Shown here piece by piece: positions 37,574 to 44,911 of a DNA stretch of 61,603 nucleotides; position 1 is the first letter of the stretch, and every line of letters starts with the position of its first letter. The DNA is from a virus. Taxonomy: Duplodnaviria > Caudoviricetes. Both the position numbers and the translations under genes were made by a program. The notes beneath the pieces were generated by a model. It ran no database searches. It was not told where the DNA came from and worked only from the letters and a program-made list of their open reading frames with translations. The stretch covers positions 1-61,603 of the IMG/VR virus record IMGVR_UViG_3300034101_004648. One strand, 5' to 3'.

Positions 37574-38440
37574 ATGTCCTCGACCGTTGATTACGCCGCC
37601 GCGCTGGATATCCAGCATTTCATCGTCCCAATGCGACTCGCATCCGTGGCACTGGAAGATGCTGCTGCCGCCGCCGCCAACAACGGTGCGAACCTCAGCG
37701 CCTGGCTGAACACCGCCAACGCGATCAGCGGCGCCGCCACCGTGAGCACCAGTGGGGAGGCCTCCACCTTCCAGCTGAGCGTGAACGGCGTGGTCCTCAC
37801 AGTCAGCAATGCGGCGCTCGCCGCCAACGTGGTGACCCTGACCCTCAACGCCGCTGCTGGCGTGCTCGTGGGTGATCGGATCACCGTGGCCGCCCTTCCG
37901 AGCTCCTTCGCGAGCTGTAACGGCACCTTCACCGTGACGGGGGTTACCACCGCCTCCCCCTTCACCGTGAGCTATGCCCTCACCGGCGCCAACATCACCT
38001 CAGCCGCCGTTGCCGCTGGCACCGTGACCACGGGCCTCTACCCCTTGGATGGAACCGGCAAGCCGATCCAGCTCCTCAACGTCACCGGCGCCCCCCTCTC
38101 GACGCAGGAACAGGACGAGAAAGTTCTCACGCACGATCAGGTAACCCGCGGCGCTTCAATCTCTATCGGAATCAATACCGACTCCAGCATCGCCTTTAAG
38201 GGTATGACCGTGCATAAATCGGTCGATCACAAGATCATGGAGGTGATCCGACAGCTGGGTGTTGCTGAGAAGCTCGCCGTTAAGTATCTGCGGGTCGGGC
38301 CTGGTGGCACCACTGAGAAGAAGCTCTGCTACGGCCGGATCACTTCCAAGCAGGAGGAGGGCGATGCAGGCGCTCTGGTGAAGTACGGCGCCAGCCTGAT
38401 GGTGCTGGGCCAGGTTCACACCATCTACGACAACGCCTGA
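37574..38440 (+). CDS. major tail tube protein with an inserted beta-barrel domain
   Basis: Tube-like C-terminal half (KYLRVGP...CYGRITSKQEEG..LVKYGASL); has its own late motif. Confidence 0.6.
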   Translation: MSSTVDYAAALDIQHFIVPMRLASVALEDAAAAAANNGANLSAWLNTANAISGAATVSTSGEASTFQLSVNGVVLTVSNAALAANVVTLTLNAAAGVLVGDRITVAALPSSFASCNGTFTVTGVTTASPFTVSYALTGANITSAAVAAGTVTTGLYPLDGTGKPIQLLNVTGAPLSTQEQDEKVLTHDQVTRGASISIGINTDSSIAFKGMTVHKSVDHKIMEVIRQLGVAEKLAVKYLRVGPGGTTEKKLCYGRITSKQEEGDAGALVKYGASLMVLGQVHTIYDNA

Positions 38441-38617
38441 AGTGGATATTGACGGTCAGGTGCATTTGGTGGTCTCAGACAGCCGGCCAGGGCAGCGCCT
38501 GTGGCGCGTCTGCTCCGGTGGCTCCTGCCTGGTGCATCGGAGCCTCGGGGTGGTGATGGGGCACTACCGGGCGCTGCTGATCAGCCAGGGGCGAGAGGTT
38601 GGCGAGGGGTGAGCATG

Positions 38618-38654
38618 AAAAAGCCCAGGGGTTCTGACTCCCCTGGGCCTTGTT
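38618..38654. terminator. terminator between convergent blocks (possibly bidirectional)
   Basis: AAAAA-GCCCAGGGG-loop-CCCCTGGGC-CTTGTT. Confidence 0.7.
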
Positions 38655-38677
38655 GAAGCATCCCGCAGTAGTCTAGG

Positions 38678-38935
38678 TCAGGACAGGGGCGGCACAAAGG
38701 GCCACCCCTCTTTCGGCGCCTGCAGCCCCTTCCTCAGTAGACCCTCCGCCAGCTCGTCAACGGTGACCCCCTGCAAGGCGGCCATCGCCTCCAGCCGCTC
38801 CACCGCGTCAGGGTCGATGTCTACCAGGACCTCGGTCATGGGGGCCGCCTTGATCCACAGGCTGTAGAACCAGGCACCGCAGGCGAAGGCCTGCAGCACT
38901 ATCAGGGTGAGCGCGATGGCCTTGAGGGTGTCCAT
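38678..38935 (-). CDS. membrane-anchored ribbon-helix-helix-like protein
   Basis: TM helix then VDIDPDAVERLEAMAALQGVTVDELAEGLL. Confidence 0.55.
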   Translation of the reverse strand: MDTLKAIALTLIVLQAFACGAWFYSLWIKAAPMTEVLVDIDPDAVERLEAMAALQGVTVDELAEGLLRKGLQAPKEGWPFVPPLS

Positions 38936-39000
38936 GTGTGATCGGGAATTGGGTGGTGATTCAGAAGCAGTCTAAATCTGGACAGGGGCGCGGCCATGTA

Positions 39001-39285
39001 TCAAGAGGCCTTCCTGATCTGCATCACAAGGTCAAGAGGCCTGAGGTTCCTGCCATGGTGAGCGACAAGCTCAATGCGCCATTCTGTGCCGCAGTCCTGG
39101 CAGCGCAGGGGGATGGCCAGGCATTCGGCCAAGATGGTTCCTTCTGTTTGCCCGGTTTTAATGGGTGTCATCATTGCGACAGAGCTACTGACGCAGTGCG
39201 GGCAGCTGATCACCTGTGCCGTGCATTCGTCAACCTCAACGGCGTACGGTGCGAGGGTGGCATCAGGGGCAAGCGCGGTAGGCAT
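39001..39285 (-). CDS. zinc-ribbon protein
   Basis: CPHC...CQDC. Confidence 0.55.
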   Translation of the reverse strand: MPTALAPDATLAPYAVEVDECTAQVISCPHCVSSSVAMMTPIKTGQTEGTILAECLAIPLRCQDCGTEWRIELVAHHGRNLRPLDLVMQIRKAS

Positions 39286-39603
39286 GGAGTCGCTGGCTGT
39301 GAATGACCTTGGTAGCTTATCTAAATCCAAGTCTGGACAGGGGCGCTGCAGCATTACAGCATCAGGTTTCGCACCAGCTCGACTGGGGTAACCTGCGGCA
39401 GTCCGGGTTGGCCCGAATACAACACCAGTCCCTGACTGGGAATTACGGCAGGGGTGGGGGGTTTGTAGTGGCCTCCCTGAAACCTCATCCAACGACCCGG
39501 CGTAACAATCGCTTGACAAAACGCGGGCGATTAGCCCTACGCTTTGAGGACCTTGGCAGGGATGCCAGGGGCTCACTACTTCCCGCTTCGAGCGGGATAA
39601 CCC

Positions 39604-40287
39604 ATGAAGAACGCGAACTGCGGCCCAGCTTTGCTGTCGGCCGGCATCGAGGCCCGGCAGTGGAACGGCTGCGCAATTCAGCGCCGCGAGGCGGATGGCT
39701 TTGTGAACGCCACGGCCATGTGCAAGGCCGGCGGGAAGCGGTGGACGCTCTACTCCGCCAATGACCGAACCAAGGAGTACGTCTGCGCCCTTGCCGAGGG
39801 GTTGGGCATTCAGATCCCTTGCGGCGCAGCCGAGGTCGGAATTCCGACTTCGGGAATCCACGGCCTGATTCACATCGTCAAGGGCGGCCGGCCCGAGCTG
39901 CAGGGCACCTGGATCCATCCCCGCTTGGCCGTCGATCTGGCCCGCTGGATCTCACCAGCCTTTGCCGTTTGGATGGATGGCTGGTTCCTGGAGTCCATCG
40001 GCGTGGCCCAGTCCGCCACTGCAGAGCCCCTCCAGCAGCGCACCGCCGCCGCATCGCGCCCCCGTGGCCTGCGGCAGGATCCCGTCTGGAAGTCGTCCTA
40101 CTACCTCCCGGCCCTGATTCATCAGCGCTGGATCGGTGACCCCGAGGCCAACGAGATCATCCGGGGCATCGCTCACCACCTGCTGCTCTCCTGCGGCCCC
40201 CTGCCGGCCATAGCAGCAGTGGACGAGGCGGCTCTGGGCTGGAGCCGGGCCATGAAGGCACGGACGGGGCAGCAGGTTTGGTGGTGA
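39604..40287 (+). CDS. KilA-N domain protein (antirepressor-like)
   Basis: DGFVNATAMCKAGGK...QGTWIHPRLAVDLARWISPAFAVW. Confidence 0.9.
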   Translation: MKNANCGPALLSAGIEARQWNGCAIQRREADGFVNATAMCKAGGKRWTLYSANDRTKEYVCALAEGLGIQIPCGAAEVGIPTSGIHGLIHIVKGGRPELQGTWIHPRLAVDLARWISPAFAVWMDGWFLESIGVAQSATAEPLQQRTAAASRPRGLRQDPVWKSSYYLPALIHQRWIGDPEANEIIRGIAHHLLLSCGPLPAIAAVDEAALGWSRAMKARTGQQVWW

Positions 40288-40332
40288 TCGCCAGGGCGGG
40301 CCGGGCGCTTCCGGTGGAGGCCGCCAGCTCGC

Positions 40333-40569
40333 CTATCCCTCGCGGGCCCACTGGATCAGCCGGGCATCCCTAAAGCTCAGCCTGGCCTCGCACTCAAAGA
40401 CCACGATTGGCGGCGGGGTCATAGTGGGCGAGCCGGGAGGGGCTCCGCTGAACAGGTCAAAGCGCCGGGCGCAGTCGTGGCACCCCTCGCGCCAGAACCA
40501 CTCATGGCCCTCCTGCTCGCCCACGCCGGGGCAGCGCTCTATGTCGGGCGGGAGGGATGGGGTGGTCAT
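40333..40569 (-). CDS. Cys-containing hypothetical protein
   Basis: ATGA-coupled. Confidence 0.55.
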   Translation of the reverse strand: MTTPSLPPDIERCPGVGEQEGHEWFWREGCHDCARRFDLFSGAPPGSPTMTPPPIVVFECEARLSFRDARLIQWAREG

Positions 40570-40790
40570 GGCAGGCGGCAGTATTCACGAACGCGATCGG
40601 CGGAATCCCCTGCAAGCTCACGGGCGGCTTGCAGGTTGTCGGCGTACTTGATCTCCAGCAGGGCGCCGTAGGCCTCGCCGAGGGCATCCCAGCGGCGCAG
40701 CTCGCGCTCTGTTGCGGGCAGGGGGAATGGGACCAGCCGCTGAGCGATTGCGTACAGGCGGAGCTGGCGGAGTAGGTGGAAGATGTTCAT
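40566..40790 (-). CDS. hypothetical protein
   Basis: Coupled ORF. Confidence 0.5.
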   Translation of the reverse strand: MNIFHLLRQLRLYAIAQRLVPFPLPATERELRRWDALGEAYGALLEIKYADNLQAARELAGDSADRVREYCRLP

Positions 40791-40832
40791 GGGCTTAGTG
40801 GCTGGTGAGTGGTCGGCAGGGGTCGTGATCGC

Positions 40833-41054
40833 TCATGCCTTCCCGCCCCACTTCTTCCGCTGAAATCCACGCACCGAATCCCGGCGCATCAGCACGTGGG
40901 GGCCACCGCCGATGGGGATCAAGCACACGTGACCCGGCAGGTCGGGCAGGCCGCGAGGGGTGTAGGTGCGGCCATTGGGCCCGGCCCAGAAGTCACCGAG
41001 GCGGAACCGATCGGCGCGAGGCGTGATGATCCCGGTGAAGGCGGATTTTTTCAT
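40833..41054 (-). CDS. hypothetical protein
   Basis: ATGA-coupled. Confidence 0.55.
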   Translation of the reverse strand: MKKSAFTGIITPRADRFRLGDFWAGPNGRTYTPRGLPDLPGHVCLIPIGGGPHVLMRRDSVRGFQRKKWGGKA

Positions 41055-41422
41055 GGCCGACCCCCTTCGCTGCAGCAATAGGCCTCGCAGGATCGAGCCC
41101 AGTCGTGGTTGTCCGTCGCCTCGGGGAAGTGAAGACTGCAGAAGCCGTAGAACCTTCGCTCCGTGCCGCCCGTTGTGCGCCGATATGGCCTCTCCTCAAA
41201 CAGGCGGCACGACCGGCACGTGCGAACGATGTCGGCCACGGGGATGCGTGGCAGCTCTGACGCATAGGAGGCCCACATCATGCCAACCCGCACACGGCGC
41301 ACCGCCTCGGCATTCATATCCAGCCGGCGGCCGATGACCGCGTGGGCGATGTCGGCGGGGGTCTCCAGGATGGCCCTGGCAAGCGTCTCCCTGGTCGCGT
41401 CGTCGTAGGTGCGGCGGGTCAT
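41051..41422 (-). CDS. HTH + Cys-cluster protein, resembles the C-terminal part of 21707-22183
   Basis: IGRRLDMNAEAVRRVRVG...CRSC...CEAY. Confidence 0.55.
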   Translation of the reverse strand: MTRRTYDDATRETLARAILETPADIAHAVIGRRLDMNAEAVRRVRVGMMWASYASELPRIPVADIVRTCRSCRLFEERPYRRTTGGTERRFYGFCSLHFPEATDNHDWARSCEAYCCSEGGRP

Positions 41423-42492
41423 ACAGCCTCCTGCAGCACGCTGACCCACACGGTCCCCAGGTCAAGCAGGGGAAGGATCCGATCGCGGAGATCCTGGTTG
41501 TGGAGGCGGATGCAGCCAAGGGTCGGGTGCAGCTCCTGCCGTGGGTTCCAGGCCCCCGGCCAGCCGCAGGCGCTGCCGCCACCGTGCAGCATGATCCCGT
41601 CGCGATAGGGCCGTGATGTGGGCCCCTCCTGCCCTTCCAGCCCCTCCAGGTCAAACGAATACCAGCCGTAGGCGCGGCGATCGGGAGTGAATGCCGCGGT
41701 CGGGTCCTGTTCGTAGTCGCGGTGGACGCCCTTCGGGTTGATCCGGTAAAGCCCCGGCGGGGTGTCGGTGCCCGTGCGGTTCCACTCGGCCTCCCTCCCC
41801 TGCCCGCGGCACAAGCAGGGGATCCTCCACAGCCGGCGCCCGTCGTGGGTCCAGGCCGTAAGGGTTTCGTTCACGTCGTTGGCGATCAGGTGGTGATCAC
41901 CCGCCTTCAGGGTGGGGCGGATCTTCGGGCCCACCGTCCCCGGCGACCAGATCGGCGGGCCCTGGGGGGCGGGGCCACCAGGTGGGCGCGGTGGCGTGGC
42001 GATCGTGACAGGGGCGGGAGCGCCGGCCACGAACAGGGCCACCTCTGCCGCCCGGCGCCGCACCAGGCCCGCCATGATCTTCTTCCCGGCCTTGCTCCAG
42101 CGGGGCAGCTCGGCCTTCACCACGGCCTCGGGGTTCTCGCCGGCCAACAGGCGCCGCCGCAGGGTGGAAATCTCCAGGCTCCTGGGGCCCACGTTGAAGG
42201 TAAAGCTGATCAATGCCGCCTGCTGCTTCGGGGTCCACGTCCCGGCCATCGGGAGCAGTCGGAACACTTCGACGGCGGCGCGGTTGATGTCCGTGGTCAA
42301 CATGCCCTCAGCAACCGCCTGGGTGATCACGGCGCCCTCCACCACGTCGGACCCGGTGTGCCCGTAGCCGATGGTCCAGGGATCGCCCCCGCTGCCGGGG
42401 TCGGGGTAGGCGGTGAGGCGGCACCCCTCGAACTCGGCGACGATCTGCCGGGCTGGGGCTAGCCACTGGAGATCGGGGGGATTGGTGCTCAT
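41419..42492 (-). CDS. endolysin: GH24 lysozyme fused to an L,D-transpeptidase (YkuD)-like domain
   Basis: EFEGCRLTAYPD...WTIGYGHT...ALISFTFNVG...GLVRRRAAE; C-terminal DTPPGLY...MLHGGG...TLGCIRL. Confidence 0.85.
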   Translation of the reverse strand: MSTNPPDLQWLAPARQIVAEFEGCRLTAYPDPGSGGDPWTIGYGHTGSDVVEGAVITQAVAEGMLTTDINRAAVEVFRLLPMAGTWTPKQQAALISFTFNVGPRSLEISTLRRRLLAGENPEAVVKAELPRWSKAGKKIMAGLVRRRAAEVALFVAGAPAPVTIATPPRPPGGPAPQGPPIWSPGTVGPKIRPTLKAGDHHLIANDVNETLTAWTHDGRRLWRIPCLCRGQGREAEWNRTGTDTPPGLYRINPKGVHRDYEQDPTAAFTPDRRAYGWYSFDLEGLEGQEGPTSRPYRDGIMLHGGGSACGWPGAWNPRQELHPTLGCIRLHNQDLRDRILPLLDLGTVWVSVLQEAV

Positions 42493-42656
42493 CAGAGAGG
42501 CCATTCGGAGATCGTCTGCCAGCCCTCGCCCTGCAGCCGGGCCACCTCGGCGGCGACCTGCTCGGGGGGGCACGTCCACCACCAGCGACCTGCTGCCCTC
42601 CTGACCGGGCGGGAGGGCCGTTGGCTCCTCACAGATCAGCCGAACGAGGCCGCAGG

Positions 42657-42875
42657 TCATCGCCGCATCCCCTGGCGCATCGCCCAGGCCGTGGCTGCCT
42701 TTTGGGCGTACCACGACTGGAGTAGGAGCTTCGCCAGGTTGCGGAGGCTCAGCACGTCGTCCACCTCGTCAAGGAGGCGGCCTATGCGCTCAATCTCAAA
42801 CGCCTGGGCGGTGCTCAGCTCCATGCCTGCGGGGTCCGCAGGGAGGAAACCGGCAACAGGATCGGGGGCTGGCAT
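42657..42875 (-). CDS. NblA-like phycobilisome degradation protein (putative)
   Basis: Two-helix core LSTAQAFEIERIGRLLD...LRNLAKLLLQSW...WAMRQ resembles NblA's LSLEQQF...; recognised by eye only. Confidence 0.5.
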   Translation of the reverse strand: MPAPDPVAGFLPADPAGMELSTAQAFEIERIGRLLDEVDDVLSLRNLAKLLLQSWYAQKAATAWAMRQGMRR

Positions 42876-42942
42876 GGCAGCAGAATAGCTACCCAAATCC
42901 AGATAAGCATCAGGTCGGCGAGAGGATCCATAACTGGGCCAG

Positions 42943-42952
42943 CGGGAAAACT
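42943..42952 (+). promoter_or_regulatory. late motif CGGGAAAACT
   Basis: 36 nt before 42979. Confidence 0.7.
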
Positions 42953-42978
42953 GCGGCAGAAGCTCTGACCGCTCCGCC

Positions 42979-44430
42979 ATGCCACGAGGCCGCCGCACCA
43001 GTTACACCCGCGACAACAGCGGCCGGTTCGCCAGCTCGCCAGGCGGCGGGGCCCCGAAGCGGAGCACCCCAGCGACCCGGCGGGCGGCCACCAGGGCGGG
43101 GAACCGGCTGAACCGGGACAACAGCGGGCGGATCAGCGGGATCGGCCGGAACGGGGCCACGGTGCGCGGCGGGAGACTGAAGACGGCCAAGGGGAACAAG
43201 CGGGCCACGCAGCTGGCCTCGATGCGCCCGGCGGTGCCCAGGGCGGGCACGATCGCCAAGGGCGGCCGAGGCGTGCGCGGGATGGTGGCGCGGAGCCTGG
43301 CGGCGGCACGGAAGGGGCGGATGGCGGCGGCGGCAGGCCTCTCCCGTGCTCGCCCCGGACAGCAGCAGCGGGCCTTGCAGCGAGCGCAGGCAAACGAGAA
43401 GCGACTCCAGGGCCCGGCGGCAAGGGGGACCAGCACCAGAACGAGGGCCGGGGTTGGCTATGCGGTAGCCAAGGGGGCACAGGGCTACTACAGCGGTAGC
43501 ACGCCAAGGCGAAAGGCTACATTTTCGCCGCTTACTGGGTCTATGGACAAAAAGGCGCTGGCGGCGCGTCGCAAGCAGGCTGTTGATAACAACAAGCCGC
43601 AGAAAGGCAAGGCGGCCAAGCCTGCAGTGGCGGCCAAGGACTCCGCCAAGCCCGCCAAAAAGGAGTCCAAGCGCAATATCAGCGATGCCAAGGCAGGCCG
43701 GATCATTGCGAGGCTTGACGCGAACAGGCCTGGATTGCGGAAGGCGACAGGCTCGGATCGTCGCAACAGAAACCTGCTGCAGACCTACGACCGGGCCAGC
43801 AAGTTTGTTTTGGCGGCTTCTACGCGAGAAAGCAAGCGTACCGGCGGACAGGGACGCATGGACCTTGCCGAGTCCGTGCGCCGGGCAGTCCGCAATGCCA
43901 AGGCGAAGGCTAAGCCCAAACCCAAGCCCGCCATCCTCGGAAGGGTGCCCACAAAGGGCCCCGGTCGCGGGCCGTTGATGAAGGCCAGGGCGACCCCCGC
44001 CAAGCCCAGCCCCAAGAGTCCACGCATCCGCGCCCGCATTGAAGGCTCCGCCCGCCCCGCCGGGACCGTGGCCAAGCCGCGGGGGATGAAGCCGGGGGTG
44101 TTGGCGCGGAGGAGGGGGGTGAAGCCGTTCAAAAAGGTTGACACAAGCCAAAGCGGAGTCAAAGCAAGGAGACAACGTGCATTGGCCCCAAAAAACTCAA
44201 CCTATTTAAGCCAAAAGATGGAATCAAGGAGCGCTATTGTCAGGAGCGCTGCTAATGCTATTTACAACCGCCAGCGAACCACAGGCAAGGTGTTAGGCCT
44301 TGCTCCTGTCGTTGTTCGCCAGCCGATTGGAATCATGCCTGGCCTTTCAGGTAGCAATCGCAATAGGGCAATGGCAAACCTTGAAAATGCCAGAACACGA
44401 GTGATAAAAGGTCGCAAGGGCCGCCGCTAA
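42979..44430 (+). CDS. basic RDxxGRF-leader protein E
   Basis: MPRGRRTSYTRDNSGRFASSPGGG. Confidence 0.75.
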   Translation: MPRGRRTSYTRDNSGRFASSPGGGAPKRSTPATRRAATRAGNRLNRDNSGRISGIGRNGATVRGGRLKTAKGNKRATQLASMRPAVPRAGTIAKGGRGVRGMVARSLAAARKGRMAAAAGLSRARPGQQQRALQRAQANEKRLQGPAARGTSTRTRAGVGYAVAKGAQGYYSGSTPRRKATFSPLTGSMDKKALAARRKQAVDNNKPQKGKAAKPAVAAKDSAKPAKKESKRNISDAKAGRIIARLDANRPGLRKATGSDRRNRNLLQTYDRASKFVLAASTRESKRTGGQGRMDLAESVRRAVRNAKAKAKPKPKPAILGRVPTKGPGRGPLMKARATPAKPSPKSPRIRARIEGSARPAGTVAKPRGMKPGVLARRRGVKPFKKVDTSQSGVKARRQRALAPKNSTYLSQKMESRSAIVRSAANAIYNRQRTTGKVLGLAPVVVRQPIGIMPGLSGSNRNRAMANLENARTRVIKGRKGRR

Positions 44431-44432
44431 CC

Positions 44433-44873
44433 ATGCCCCTCCCCACCACCACCCTGGCCCTGTTCGACCTCCTGGCGGCCGACGCGGTGCTCACCCCCCT
44501 CCTAGGGGTCCACGTGCTGGGCGATGGCACCACCCGCCGCGCCCTGGCCCACTTCTGGCCGAAGGAGGCCGTGGAGCCGACCACGCAGCCTGCAGGGGTG
44601 GAGATCGTGGTTTGGCGCTCCCCCATGGGCACGGCCACCACGCCGACCCAGACCGGGGAGGTGGACGTGCGGCCCACCTTCCGCCTGTCGGTGACCCAGT
44701 GGGAGCCCCCCACCGCCGGGGGCGCCTGCAACCAGCTCGCGGTGATCAACCGCCTCCTGCAGCTCCTGCCGGGGGCCAATGCCTCGGACGTGACGATTGA
44801 TGGGCTCACCACGGGCCTGCAGCAGCATTCGGTTACGTGGGCGTGCCCGGTGGCGGTGCTGCAGCGCCCCTGA
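44433..44873 (+). CDS. putative tail terminator protein
   Basis: LFDLLAADAVLTPLLG N-terminus; 146 aa; position. Confidence 0.5.
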   Translation: MPLPTTTLALFDLLAADAVLTPLLGVHVLGDGTTRRALAHFWPKEAVEPTTQPAGVEIVVWRSPMGTATTPTQTGEVDVRPTFRLSVTQWEPPTAGGACNQLAVINRLLQLLPGANASDVTIDGLTTGLQQHSVTWACPVAVLQRP

Positions 44874-44876
44874 CAG

Positions 44877-44886
44877 CGGGAAAACT
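44877..44886 (+). promoter_or_regulatory. late motif CGGGAAAACT
   Basis: 35 nt before the tape measure start. Confidence 0.7.
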
Positions 44887-44911
44887 GCAGCAGTAGCGCG
44901 GCGCGGCTCGG

